Assembly (NCBI GenBank): GCA_027022365.1
Contig: JALVYU010000011.1
Location: 99,742 to 163,741, forward strand
Direction: 5' to 3'
Source: Desulfurococcales archaeon
GTDB lineage: Archaea; Thermoproteota; Thermoprotei_A; Sulfolobales; Desulfurococcaceae
Length of the DNA stretch: 64,000 bases
The stretch's first letter is position 1; the number at the start of each line of letters is the position of its first letter. The notes below the pieces were generated by a model, which was not told the origin of the DNA, made no database searches, and saw only the letters and a list, made by a program, of their open reading frames with translations. The translations under genes were made by a program, and so were the position numbers. Below are positions 31,493 through 43,489 of this stretch, piece after piece.

Positions 31493-32973
31493 GTGTACTC
31501 ACCTATCCTGATCTTCTCCATTTCCTCTTCCGAGACAGTCACCTTGAGCTTTCCCTCCCTAGCCCTCCTTACGACCGGGGCCATCCTGTACTCGTTCCAG
31601 AGGAAATCTATGAGCTTTCCACGTCTCTCCTCGACCTCTTTGCCGCCGATGCCTAGTTTTAGGAGTGCGGATAAAGCAGCTATTTCTCCCTCGATGAACG
31701 CAGTCGTTGCCTCTTCTATGCCCGAAGCATCACCTGCTACGAAGAGGTTTTCAACACTTGTCTCCTGGCCCCACGTCCTTATAGGCACTAATCCTCCTGC
31801 CTCCGGAACCCATTTCATAACTGCGCCTGCCTGGGCGAAGAACTTTGTGTCGGGCTGGAGGCCTATCGATATGAGTACTAGGTCGACACCGAACTCTTTC
31901 TCGGTGCCTGGGATGGGGTGGAAATGCTCATCGTATGCTTGGAGCACTGCTTTCTCAACCCTTTCCGTCCCGATGGCTCTGACTATGCTGTGCCTCGTCA
32001 GTATTTTGACGCCTAGTCTCCTGATCTTGGCGGCGTGGACGAACCAGCCGCCTATCCTCGGCAGTATCTCCGCTAGAGCCTCTACCTTCACACCCGCTTG
32101 GAGCAACTGATACGCTATGATCAATCCGACGTTACCGCTGCCGATAACAACTGCCTTGTCTCCGGGCCGGACACCGTATTGGTTCATGAGGGTTTGAGCA
32201 CCCCCAGCACCCATTACACCGGGTAGATAGTTGCCCTCGAAATCCAATCCTTTCTCAGCTGCGCCGGGGGCAGCGATGACCGTCTTGGCTTTGACAAGGA
32301 GATTGAGTGGATGCTCTCCGTGTACCGCTACCCCCACTACTCCGCCTTTGAAGTACCCATATGCGAACCCATTAGTGTAGACACGTATGTTGTTATACTC
32401 TTTGATCTTCTTGGAGAGCATCTCTGCTATCCTGAACCCTCTTGTTCCGCCGAAATAGTCTCTTGAGCCGAAGAACTTGTGTGTCTGCTTGACGAGCTGG
32501 CCTCCTAGCACGAAGTGATCATTGACCAGGACGACGTCCGCCCCATGCTCAGCGGCCACAAGAGCCGCTTTAAGCCCAGCGGGGCCCCCACCCACAACCA
32601 GAAGATCCGTCTCTACCCTGATTGTTTCGACGTTCTCCTGCCTCCTAGCCCTACGTATATCTGCTAGGCCCTCCTGAGGCTCAACATGAATTCCTTCCCT
32701 GACAGGCTCAACACATATCCTAGTATTAGGCACACCATCAACTACTGATAGACAGCTACTACACTTACCTATCATACAGTAGGCTCCCCTGGGAAGCCCT
32801 AGTTTTGGGCTCCTATTGAACACCCTGTAACCCACAGCGTAGAGAGCCGCTAAGATGCTCTCCCCCTCATAGGCTTCGATGACCTTATCTCTATAGTAGA
32901 ACTTGACACGTCGGCCGCGCTTGAAATCCAGGATCGGGTGCTCATAGATCCTATAATCAGGCAAGACCAACAC
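31489..32973 (-). CDS. Proline dehydrogenase/sarcosine oxidase alpha subunit (2Fe-2S plus FAD/NAD domains)
   Basis: CMIGKCSSC..C, GGGPAG, LVKQTHKFFG, GSGNVG, AGDASGIEEA. Confidence 0.88.
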   Translation of the reverse strand: MLVLPDYRIYEHPILDFKRGRRVKFYYRDKVIEAYEGESILAALYAVGYRVFNRSPKLGLPRGAYCMIGKCSSCLSVVDGVPNTRICVEPVREGIHVEPQEGLADIRRARRQENVETIRVETDLLVVGGGPAGLKAALVAAEHGADVVLVNDHFVLGGQLVKQTHKFFGSRDYFGGTRGFRIAEMLSKKIKEYNNIRVYTNGFAYGYFKGGVVGVAVHGEHPLNLLVKAKTVIAAPGAAEKGLDFEGNYLPGVMGAGGAQTLMNQYGVRPGDKAVVIGSGNVGLIIAYQLLQAGVKVEALAEILPRIGGWFVHAAKIRRLGVKILTRHSIVRAIGTERVEKAVLQAYDEHFHPIPGTEKEFGVDLVLISIGLQPDTKFFAQAGAVMKWVPEAGGLVPIRTWGQETSVENLFVAGDASGIEEATTAFIEGEIAALSALLKLGIGGKEVEERRGKLIDFLWNEYRMAPVVRRAREGKLKVTVSEEEMEKIRIGEYT

Positions 32974-33105
32974 CTATCCGGGAGTAAACACTATACGCTC
33001 TACGGTAAAAACTAAGTGATTATCGGGTTGCACAAGAACTAATAAGTTAGTGTTTTCTAAATTAATTTAATCCCATTAACCATTGATCAATGGGGGGAAA
33101 TACTG

Positions 33106-35328
33106 GTGGAGATAAAGGAATGCTTGATGCGCGCACTTATCGAGACAATCCCTAGGGTCATAGGTCTCGACGAAAAGGTCGTCGAGGACCTTGTGGCTAA
33201 GCGCAGGCTCAAATTAGCGAGAACACCTGATCCGAAGTACGGGGACTATGGTGTGGCGCTCCACGTAGTCCTCCATATGGTTAAGGCCCCCCGCCAAGAA
33301 TGGGATAAGCTCCTCTCCAGGATAGCCAATGAAATAATGGGTTCCAGCAGGGCCAAGGAATGCTTCATATATAGGATAGATTATTCAAATGGTTACCTCA
33401 ACTTCTACATAGACTATAGAAAGCTCTCCAGGATAATCTTCAAGAAAATAATAGATGAAGCCCTATTCGACGAGATAAGGTCTTATGGGCGGGGAGAAAA
33501 GATACTCGTAGAACACACGAGCGCGAATCCTATTCATCCCCTCCATATTGGGAGCGGGAGAAACGCCGTTATAGGCAACACCTTCGCGAGAATATTGCGC
33601 AGACTAGGTTTCAGCGTCCGTGAGCACTTCTACGTTGACGATATGGGTAGACAAGTAGCCGTAATGGTTTACGGATACACGAAGGTCAAGGAGAAAGGGA
33701 TAGAGCCTCCCCCGAAAATCAAGCCTGACCATTGGATCGGAGCGATCTATGCTCTCACAAACATCTTTGTCTCGATAAAGAACATGCACCACGAACAAGA
33801 GAAAATAGCGGGCGAGATCAGAACCCTTATCGAGCACCTAAAGGAGGAAGCGTTCGGGAAACGCGGCGACGGATACCTGTTGGCTGTCACTAGGATAGCC
33901 GAGTCCCAGCTAAGCCTAAAACACGACCCAGGAGCAGTCCTAGAAATGATCGTTTCTGCACTGAAGAAACAGGAGGGAAAGAAGCCTACCGGGATACGTA
34001 GAGAGGCAGAGTCCCTTCTATTAAGATACAGGGATATTAGAAATAAACTAGCTGAGCTATACGAGTGCGCCGAAGACCTCAGAACAGTTTTCCCACGGCT
34101 CTACGACGTCCTATCCCAATCTATCGATGAACCAGAGGTGTTCGAGGAGAAAGTATCTGAGCTCATGAAGCTGTACGAGGAAGAAGACCCGAGGATAACA
34201 AGGCTCTTCAGGGAAGCAATAGACCTCGTACTGAGGGGTTTCGATTCAACACTTAGAAGGATAGGTATAGTCTTCGATTCTTACGACTGGGAGAGCGACC
34301 CAGAGATCAAGAAGTTGACCAGAGAGATCATCGAGGCATCCCTGAGGACAAGGTATGGTGGTAGCGAGGGCCAGGCAGTAATAGTTGATCTAGGGAAAGC
34401 CTACGAGGAAGACGATTATATCCGTAGCATATTCGGGGCGGAGAAGCCCGAGCGCGTAGTGCTGAGGAGAAGCGATGGGACAACACTCTACGTCTCAAGA
34501 GACATAGCGTATACTATATACAAGTACAGGGTGACCGGGGCGAAGAAAGTATACAATGTGATCGCGACCGAGCAGAACCTCGAGCAGAAACAAGTTAGGA
34601 GCGTCCTCTACCTGCTGGGATACAAGGACTATGCCGACAATACCATACACCTCGCCTATGAAATGGTGCACCTTAAAGGCTATAGGATGCGTGGAAGATA
34701 CGGAAGATACATCAGCATGGACGAGCTTATTGAGAGATACCGTAAGCTCATGCTAGACCAATACATGGAATCACACAAGAAACTCGGGGTTGAGGAGGCT
34801 GAGAGCATTCTTGACAAGGCCGAGAAGCTAGCCGTAGCAAATACTAGATATCTATTGCTAAGCATTGAACCCCTCAAAGTACTAACGTTCGATCCTGGGA
34901 AACTGGCTGAGCATACAGAAGGATCATGGATACAATACACGTATGCGAGACTCCTAAGTATACTCAGGAAAGCGTATGGAGAAGACATTGATAGACCGGA
35001 CGATGTAAGAAGGGAGGTAACGCGTGACTATGACGGAATAGACATCGATGCGATAGGGCTGACGAGGGAGGAAGAGGAGATCATTGAAAAACTCATGGGC
35101 TATAAAGACGTGCTGGTAACCGCCTATGAGGAGATGAAGCCTAACAAGGTGGCGGAATACGCCTACGAGCTATCATCAGTACTTAATCTCTTCTATGAGA
35201 AGATCCCCGTCATAAAGGAGAGGATTGAAAACAAGAAGAAATTCAGGCTTGTACTCATCTATTGTGCCGCGAAAATACTTGGTGACGCAATGTACGTGAT
35301 GGGAATCCCTGTTCTCCCAAGGATCTAG
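33106..35328 (+). CDS. argS: Arginine--tRNA ligase
   Basis: EHTSANPIHPLHIGSGRN (HIGH-like), RSDGTTLYVSRDIAY, QYTYARLLSILRK (DALR domain). Confidence 0.95.
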   Translation: MEIKECLMRALIETIPRVIGLDEKVVEDLVAKRRLKLARTPDPKYGDYGVALHVVLHMVKAPRQEWDKLLSRIANEIMGSSRAKECFIYRIDYSNGYLNFYIDYRKLSRIIFKKIIDEALFDEIRSYGRGEKILVEHTSANPIHPLHIGSGRNAVIGNTFARILRRLGFSVREHFYVDDMGRQVAVMVYGYTKVKEKGIEPPPKIKPDHWIGAIYALTNIFVSIKNMHHEQEKIAGEIRTLIEHLKEEAFGKRGDGYLLAVTRIAESQLSLKHDPGAVLEMIVSALKKQEGKKPTGIRREAESLLLRYRDIRNKLAELYECAEDLRTVFPRLYDVLSQSIDEPEVFEEKVSELMKLYEEEDPRITRLFREAIDLVLRGFDSTLRRIGIVFDSYDWESDPEIKKLTREIIEASLRTRYGGSEGQAVIVDLGKAYEEDDYIRSIFGAEKPERVVLRRSDGTTLYVSRDIAYTIYKYRVTGAKKVYNVIATEQNLEQKQVRSVLYLLGYKDYADNTIHLAYEMVHLKGYRMRGRYGRYISMDELIERYRKLMLDQYMESHKKLGVEEAESILDKAEKLAVANTRYLLLSIEPLKVLTFDPGKLAEHTEGSWIQYTYARLLSILRKAYGEDIDRPDDVRREVTRDYDGIDIDAIGLTREEEEIIEKLMGYKDVLVTAYEEMKPNKVAEYAYELSSVLNLFYEKIPVIKERIENKKKFRLVLIYCAAKILGDAMYVMGIPVLPRI

Positions 35329-35386
35329 GCCTCCCAGTCGCCTGTAGATAATTTTTTCTATGTATTCAATTCATAGAATCCTATAG

Positions 35387-36748
<1,362 letters not shown>

Positions 36749-36828
36749 AGTTATCCCTCTTTTTCCGCAGAATCCTATTGTCCGTACATATTTTTAAGAG
36801 AGGCCTATTTATATAGTCTAGAAAGTCC

Positions 36829-37614
36829 ATGACGGATAGCGGTCTCTCAGAATATTTTACCAAAAGATCAGGGCTGGTGAGGATATTGAGCAATATTGAA
36901 TACGAAATACTTTCATGCTGCTCTTTGCTCCCGCTTTACCTTGGGGAGGGACGCCGTAGACTCATCGCAACAATAGCCGAGGAACTAAGAAACATATATG
37001 GTTATGATCTTGTGGTCAATGGCTTGGATGCGATCATAGTGGATATGAAGGAGTTCATCAAGGATCACGCGGTTGCAGCCCATATATACACCTTCATAAA
37101 CGGCGATATAATTGTATGGAGCAGTAAAGACATATCGCTAGAAGGAATGATATTACCCGACAACATAGTTGTTCTGCCCAAGAGTGATTTCGAAGATATG
37201 ATCAAATCACTAAAGGAGCTCAGCAACGGCGTTGTAAGTAAACCGAAACTGCTCTTATCCGGCAAGACCAAGTGCTTCAAGAAAGAGCTTCTAGAATGCT
37301 ATATCAGTAGCTACAAGGAGTTCGTATACCGCTATGATGATATTAGTCTTCAGCTCAAATGCAATGGAGCGACGCTGAAGATAGATACAGTAATGCTGGC
37401 CGATAAGTTCGTCTCAAGCCTAATCGATGGGACGGGAAAGCTGGTCGAAACTATAGCATCACATCTCCCACGGCGTAGCAGAAGATTCTTTGCTAAGAAG
37501 GTAAAGGATGAAATAACAGATGAAGCTTTAAGATATCTCGCCGAGCTAGCTAAAAAATACATGGTAGTCTTCCCGAAAACCCCGGAATATATGGAGCTAT
37601 TTAAGATAACCTAG
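36829..37614 (+). CDS. Hypothetical protein
   Basis: 261-aa ORF filling the gap between two genes; no motif recognised. Confidence 0.7.
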   Translation: MTDSGLSEYFTKRSGLVRILSNIEYEILSCCSLLPLYLGEGRRRLIATIAEELRNIYGYDLVVNGLDAIIVDMKEFIKDHAVAAHIYTFINGDIIVWSSKDISLEGMILPDNIVVLPKSDFEDMIKSLKELSNGVVSKPKLLLSGKTKCFKKELLECYISSYKEFVYRYDDISLQLKCNGATLKIDTVMLADKFVSSLIDGTGKLVETIASHLPRRSRRFFAKKVKDEITDEALRYLAELAKKYMVVFPKTPEYMELFKIT

Positions 37615-38581
37615 GTGTCCTAGGAGGCTTTATCAATGCTTTGATGTTGTCGCCCTCATAGTATCCTATGAGCATTGCCTCGGTATTGTAGGCCCAGACG
37701 ATCTCCCCGTTTTTATCGATTGCTATAAAGCCCATAGTGTTCTCTCCAACGGCTTTGTTAACGTATTCAAGGGTTTTCTCGGCGGCCGCAACCAGATCCT
37801 TGGTTTTCCTATACATTGTGTCGAGGTACTTGCACGTCATGCACTCCATGATCTTCTCCCCGATACCTGTGGCGGAACACGCAGTGTAAGCGGAGGCGTA
37901 AAAGCCCGCGCCGGGAACAGGCGAGTCGCCTATTCTTCCCGGGAACTTGAGTATGACTCCACCAGTGCTTACCGCGGCGGCTAGCCTGCCCTGCGAGTCA
38001 ACAGCGACCGCGCCGACAGTATCTCCCACATCAAGGGTTTCCTCAATGATCTTCTTTATGAAGCCATAGTCTTCGAGGAAACGCGTTATTTTCCTGTATA
38101 CCTCCGGCTCGCCCTCCAGAAGCTTCCTGACTGCTTCCTGGTACCTCTCCCAAACATGAGGTGGTGGAGGCGGCAATGGGGGCAGGCCGTTGAGGAATGC
38201 GAGTAGGTCGGCTCCCTTTCCCCCTATAAGGTGATGGTCTGTCTTCTCCATGACTATCCTGGCGAGGACAACAGGGTTCCTCGTAGCTGTTACCGATGCT
38301 ACAGCGCCTATTCTCCCAGTGGCTCCATCCATTACGCCTGCATCAAGGCTTCTACTTCCCATGAAGTCTAATACGCTTCCGACCCCGGCGTTGAGGTATC
38401 CTGAGTCCTCCATACACTTAACTGCTTCAACCACAGCATCTATAGCTGATCCATTGTCTCGCAGTATATTCATCCCCTTCTCCACGCATTTCATGACAGC
38501 TTCTCTAGCCTTATCCGCGTATTTGGAGCGGCTCCACCTGCCTGCTCCGCCATGTAGGATTATGTTTGGCCTCATAAGCAT
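37601..38581 (-). CDS. Isoaspartyl peptidase/L-asparaginase (Ntn hydrolase)
   Basis: LHGGAG, NAGVGS, GD|TVGAVA autocleavage site, GRIGDSP, ATGIGE. Confidence 0.93.
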   Translation of the reverse strand: MLMRPNIILHGGAGRWSRSKYADKAREAVMKCVEKGMNILRDNGSAIDAVVEAVKCMEDSGYLNAGVGSVLDFMGSRSLDAGVMDGATGRIGAVASVTATRNPVVLARIVMEKTDHHLIGGKGADLLAFLNGLPPLPPPPPHVWERYQEAVRKLLEGEPEVYRKITRFLEDYGFIKKIIEETLDVGDTVGAVAVDSQGRLAAAVSTGGVILKFPGRIGDSPVPGAGFYASAYTACSATGIGEKIMECMTCKYLDTMYRKTKDLVAAAEKTLEYVNKAVGENTMGFIAIDKNGEIVWAYNTEAMLIGYYEGDNIKALIKPPRTPRLS

Positions 38582-38660
38582 GTTCGCCTCTCATTATTTC
38601 CTGCAAATTAATAATTGAATGAGGTGATAGAAAAATAATTAGCGCCTCCCAAATATAGTC

Positions 38661-40010
38661 ATGATACAATCGATGCGGTGTTGGATATTGACAGTTCTAG
38701 GCAGACTTGTATCGAGGATAAGGTTTAAGCGTGAGCCCCTGATCAACCATATACTCGTCCCAATAGGCCTGATAATCTCTCTCCCCGTTATTGCATCTCT
38801 CTCAGTCAAGGTAGAGATGAGTGGTTTATCGTCATTGCAGGAGACATGGTATTATCCTCTTGCGAGCCTTTATCTTGCCTATATAGCGTTCTCAGCATAT
38901 TCCGCCTACAGGTTATCCAAGATAGTCACGAGGCATCTGGTGGACAGCGGCTTGACGAGCTATTACTGGCTCCGAAACATGGGTGATGACGATGCCGTGG
39001 TGAGGCTCTACAAGTCAGGGCTTAGAAAGAAGAACTTGCCGTCACCACTGAGCTCTCTAGTCCTATGCCTTATCACCGGGGGGCTTGCCTATCCTTTAAT
39101 CCTACATATGGCTGAACGCGTGTTCAGCCACCACGCATATGGTGAGGAGAAGAAGTTCTTGGGCCGTAGCCAGGCAAGGCCTTTGAGCCTGGGCCAGGGT
39201 ATTCTCGATATAGCGGCCTCTATGCTGACCATTGGCGTCTACATGTTCTACTGGATAAGACGGTTCATCAAGACATACAATAACCATATAGAACTAGTTC
39301 ATTCTCGGCACCCAGAACCACCTGTTCCGGGTGAGGCTAGTGTTCCTGAGAGATTCTATCCTAGCGGCCCCATTCTAGCAGTGTCTATGCTCCTCATCGG
39401 CCTAGGGGTAGCTGTGTTCATGGTTGTCAGCGGTCTGCCAGTCTACTTGCCCTACATCGTAGGTGTGGGGCTCATTACTTGTTATTTCTCCTACAGGCTT
39501 TCCCGGAGAGTCTTCGGCCTCCAATTCCTAGGAACGCTTATGATGATATATTTTCTCTTTATCTCAACCAGTTTCATCGGGTTCGCTGGCCAAGGCCTCT
39601 TCTCAACGCTATATAAGAGCTTGGAACAAATGACGAGCAGGTTCAGCCTAAATAATCCATGGCTTCTCTCAGTCCAGATATATACGAACAACTTGGTCCC
39701 AAGTACTGTCGCTCTCGCCCCAATTATTGGTGCCCCGTACCTCGCGTACGCTATTGGGCAAGCAGGGATCATTTATGGCTTCATGATCAGCGCCAAGCTC
39801 GCCTCCTCCGGCCCCGCCATACTTTTGCTCCCAGTTATGCCTCACTCGATACTAGAGCTATCCGCTTACGCCCTCTTCATAGCTTCTTCGATAAGGCTGT
39901 TAACCGGAGATAGGAGGGTAGCGCCGAAAATAATTGGCTCCTATGCCTTGCTCTACGTTGCTGCCCTGGTAGAGGCCTTTTCGATTTACTTGGCGCATCT
40001 TATTTCCTAG
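38661..40010 (+). CDS. Membrane protein with C-terminal SpoIIM-like domain
   Basis: IYTNN, PHSILELSA, AALVEAF (SpoIIM-like); N-terminal half has DUF4234-like LITGGLAY and LTIGVYMFYW repeats. Confidence 0.72.
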   Translation: MIQSMRCWILTVLGRLVSRIRFKREPLINHILVPIGLIISLPVIASLSVKVEMSGLSSLQETWYYPLASLYLAYIAFSAYSAYRLSKIVTRHLVDSGLTSYYWLRNMGDDDAVVRLYKSGLRKKNLPSPLSSLVLCLITGGLAYPLILHMAERVFSHHAYGEEKKFLGRSQARPLSLGQGILDIAASMLTIGVYMFYWIRRFIKTYNNHIELVHSRHPEPPVPGEASVPERFYPSGPILAVSMLLIGLGVAVFMVVSGLPVYLPYIVGVGLITCYFSYRLSRRVFGLQFLGTLMMIYFLFISTSFIGFAGQGLFSTLYKSLEQMTSRFSLNNPWLLSVQIYTNNLVPSTVALAPIIGAPYLAYAIGQAGIIYGFMISAKLASSGPAILLLPVMPHSILELSAYALFIASSIRLLTGDRRVAPKIIGSYALLYVAALVEAFSIYLAHLIS

Positions 40011-42246
40011 GCTCTACAACGACAACCTCGTATTCTTCGAGCTTTGGTAGCTTGAGCATTATCTGTCCCGGCGTCTCTTTGAAGTTCACGACGTAGTCTA
40101 GCTCTTTGTCTCTAAGCGGCAGATATACCCTGTACTTTGTCCCATGGCTTATGGCTAGCTTTATGCTTATATCAGGGACAGGTATGATTGCCCGTGGCGG
40201 GTGTACTGATTCGACACTACTATATGGTGGTAATGGTTGCTTGGTCGTGCCGGTCCCCATTGCTTGGATCAACTGGTTATAGGTGTGGTTCAATAAGTGT
40301 ATTATGATCCTTTCTCCCTGCCTATACGTATCAACATGTATGGTTTCAGGGGCATCAACTATTATGGGCGGCGTACCCCCCGAATATCTCGCGCTGTTCC
40401 TTATCAGCTTCATGAATGTTGGGAGGCCGGTGCGCCAGTAGTGGCGTCCCAGCTGGCTGGTGAAGTAGACGCTCTTGCCCTTGCCATAATTGTTTATGAT
40501 CACTGCAGGGTTATCCGTGGCCTTCGCCATTGGAGGCGGTGATCTGCCGAGTGTGTACTCGTGCCCCCAATTACCGACAGCTAGCCCTATCCTGCCGAGG
40601 GCTTGGCCGTGGACGTAGTCTAGTAGTGTCTGGTACCCCATGTTTGGCGTTACTCTCCTGACTCTGAACTCGTAACTCATATCCCCGAACAGGATCATTT
40701 TCTCCTCTATGTCCTTGAACAATGGATGCTTGATATCATCAATGTACATGTATGTCCATGGCTTCCTCAGGACTCCTATGAAGCTTGCACCAATAACATC
40801 CTTATAGGCAAAGTCATACATACGTATGCAGTTCTCGTCCCTTGTGCCAGTTAGATAAGTTGATACTACTCCCCCACCTCTCTCGACGTACTTCTTGATA
40901 GCGTCTCCGATCTCTTTCTTCATACACACCATGTTCTCTACAAACAATACCTTGTACTCGCCTAGCTTATCTAGTGATGAGGCGTCTCGCTCTGCTACGA
41001 ATTCGACCGGTATATGGCTGTGTGTGAGCGCGTAGTATACTCCCCTTATACCGTCAACATATTTCTGAGGGTGTTCTCGGCCGTAGAAGTCACGGGTATT
41101 ATTCGAGACTATTATTCCGGCGTACCTGACGGGCTCTGCGTCCTCGAGGTACTCCTCGATCTTCTCGTGCTCCCTGAATACCTGCTCCGCCGCGTCGAGG
41201 TGCTCCGGGTTCTGCCTATAGCTGACACTGAACACTAGGAGCCACGGTGATCCTCCTGCGATTATTGCTTCTCTAAGGCCCTGCTTAATAGCAATCCTGG
41301 TCGTGGCTTTCACGGTTCTATATAGGTGGAAGTAGTTCCTACTGCTCCAAACAGGCTTTCCACCGCTCATAGCCTTGGTTAGCTTGGTCATCTCGGTTAT
41401 GAATCCCGGTGGTTGGTGGTCTACCTCGCTGCACTCCGCGAAGATCACGTCCATGTAGTCACGGGCATCCTCGACAACCTTGTTTGTTCTACCCGCCCAT
41501 CCCCCTGGGTGGCTATTGTACATGAATAGCTTGTCGGGGGCGGCCTGCTTGGCAGTCTCGTAGAGCTCTTTTATCCTGCTGACGACCACCTCATATCTCC
41601 ACTTCCATAGTTCCCTCCACCTGCTGTCCGTCCAATCGGCCTCCCTAGGCATATCGTAGTCGTGATCCTCTTTGAATCTGCGTTGACACCATTTACAGTA
41701 GCATGCTCGCTCTACGTCGGGCTGGTACCTGAAGCTGTCCAGGAATACGCCGTCGGCGTCTAGGCTTATACCCTCTATTATCTCGCGCTTCACGTGATCT
41801 ATGAATGGACTGTTTATACAGAGCTGGGGCCACTCGGGCTCGTAGTGCTGCGTCTCCAGGGGTACGTGCTCCAAGAGTATGATCTCGCCGTTCCTATTTA
41901 TCTGGGCCCAGTCGCTGTGCTGGTGGTACAGGTACTTGTTGGCGGTGTGGCCTACCATGACTACTACGCGTATTCCTCTCTCCCTACCATGCCGTATAGC
42001 GTCTCTTACGAGGTCTCCCTTCATCTTGGGGTGTGTCGGCCCGACTGTTCCTCCGCGGTAGAATGTACGGCCCCAAGGGTCTCGGGCAAATATTACGAGG
42101 ACGTTTGCATGTATCTTCTCGGCGAGCTCCACCAGCTCTTTCCCAGTAATAGTCTCGACGTATCTTCCATACCTGTCCTCTATGTTGAACTGAAGGACAC
42201 GTACGGGCTTCATCCACCAGGGCTTGTCTTTACTCATGAATATCAT
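40000..42246 (-). CDS. Putative glycoside hydrolase (GHL6/GH42-like TIM barrel plus trimerisation domain)
   Basis: LCINSPF, DGVFLD, CYCKWCQRRF metal motif, KKYVERGGGVV, YGKGKSVY. Confidence 0.78.
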   Translation of the reverse strand: MIFMSKDKPWWMKPVRVLQFNIEDRYGRYVETITGKELVELAEKIHANVLVIFARDPWGRTFYRGGTVGPTHPKMKGDLVRDAIRHGRERGIRVVVMVGHTANKYLYHQHSDWAQINRNGEIILLEHVPLETQHYEPEWPQLCINSPFIDHVKREIIEGISLDADGVFLDSFRYQPDVERACYCKWCQRRFKEDHDYDMPREADWTDSRWRELWKWRYEVVVSRIKELYETAKQAAPDKLFMYNSHPGGWAGRTNKVVEDARDYMDVIFAECSEVDHQPPGFITEMTKLTKAMSGGKPVWSSRNYFHLYRTVKATTRIAIKQGLREAIIAGGSPWLLVFSVSYRQNPEHLDAAEQVFREHEKIEEYLEDAEPVRYAGIIVSNNTRDFYGREHPQKYVDGIRGVYYALTHSHIPVEFVAERDASSLDKLGEYKVLFVENMVCMKKEIGDAIKKYVERGGGVVSTYLTGTRDENCIRMYDFAYKDVIGASFIGVLRKPWTYMYIDDIKHPLFKDIEEKMILFGDMSYEFRVRRVTPNMGYQTLLDYVHGQALGRIGLAVGNWGHEYTLGRSPPPMAKATDNPAVIINNYGKGKSVYFTSQLGRHYWRTGLPTFMKLIRNSARYSGGTPPIIVDAPETIHVDTYRQGERIIIHLLNHTYNQLIQAMGTGTTKQPLPPYSSVESVHPPRAIIPVPDISIKLAISHGTKYRVYLPLRDKELDYVVNFKETPGQIMLKLPKLEEYEVVVVEPRK

Positions 42247-42336
42247 CCTTGTAGGGGTGTGGGGACTGGTTTTCCGGGTTATTTGATTGGCTATATTAGT
42301 CTAATTATTGATCACAATTCATATTTAATGGTTATC

Positions 42337-43479
42337 CTAGTAGTCATTGCCGAGAAGCCATGCGTTCTCCACATATATTCTTCGTAGCCCGTTCTTCCTA
42401 GCGATCTCAACGGCTCTCAACGCGTGTCTCCTGCTTGTGCGAGGAAGGTCTCCCAGCATATAGTCTGGGTGGAAGCCGAGGAACACATAGGGCGTATTCC
42501 TATCCAGCTCCGCCACGTATCTCGTCATCATGTCTATCTCGTACTCATCAATATATCCCGGGACTAGGAGCGTAGAGACCACTAGGAGCGGAGGCTCACG
42601 CCTCTCCCCCGCTCGTCCCGCGACATAGGCTATGTTCTCTCTTATCGTCCTGACATGCCCGGGCTCTATCCCGGTGAGAGCATAGTATATCTCCGGGCTC
42701 CAGGCCTTGAAATCTATCTTGACTATCCCACCCGTCTCAAGGCTCAATCTAACAGCTTCTCGGAAGAAGTTCTTGTTCCAAAGACCGTTCGTCTCCCAGC
42801 ATATCCTGAAAACACGTAGGCCTATCTCCTCGGCTCTCTCCTTCATCCTTCTGGCCGACAGGAGGGCGTGAGGAGCAACGGGGCCAGGGTCTCCGCCGAA
42901 GAAACAGACGCAAGTCGTTCTCGCATTAACGCTCTCCACGAGTTCCTCAACGCTGATCCTCGGGGATAGGTCGCGGGCCATCCTCCGGTACTCCCAGTTC
43001 TGACAATACAGGCAATCCATGTTGCATACACCGTAGAACACCGCGACATTATAGTAGCCGTGCTCTCCGCTGGGCGACAAGCAGTAGTCCGGGTAACCAT
43101 TACCGTGTACTGCGGGGCAGACGGGATAGGCAACACAGTTCGTAGGGTGTGGGTCATAGTAGTAGGTCCCAGGAACAACGAGATAAGAGCCAGTACGGGG
43201 AACACTCCTCCCGCCACGTCTCTCCACAAGGCCACAATAACCCTTCATTCCTTCTCGTAAACCACACCTCCTACCACATACGCCGCAAGGAACACCGCCA
43301 GAAACCCTGTGTGGTAGGCGGAACAATGCCCGGCTCCGGGCATGGGCTTCACCGACTATATCGCGGGCCTCACTCCTGCTCCTAATACAGTCTACACAAA
43401 CACCCAGCGTACCCGATACAAGTCTTGTTTCCCGGCCGCAGAGAACGCATTTCCCCAATGTTAACGCCCACCATAGCAC
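42337..43479 (-). CDS. Radical SAM protein (PFL-activating/AmmeMemoRadiSam-like)
   Basis: CNMDCLYC (CxxxCxxC) followed by QNW, FFGGDP, WETNG, GFHPDY; N-terminal Cys pairs. Confidence 0.88.
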   Translation of the reverse strand: MLWWALTLGKCVLCGRETRLVSGTLGVCVDCIRSRSEARDIVGEAHARSRALFRLPHRVSGGVPCGVCGRRCGLREGMKGYCGLVERRGGRSVPRTGSYLVVPGTYYYDPHPTNCVAYPVCPAVHGNGYPDYCLSPSGEHGYYNVAVFYGVCNMDCLYCQNWEYRRMARDLSPRISVEELVESVNARTTCVCFFGGDPGPVAPHALLSARRMKERAEEIGLRVFRICWETNGLWNKNFFREAVRLSLETGGIVKIDFKAWSPEIYYALTGIEPGHVRTIRENIAYVAGRAGERREPPLLVVSTLLVPGYIDEYEIDMMTRYVAELDRNTPYVFLGFHPDYMLGDLPRTSRRHALRAVEIARKNGLRRIYVENAWLLGNDY

Positions 43480-43489
43480 TGCGGAAGAT

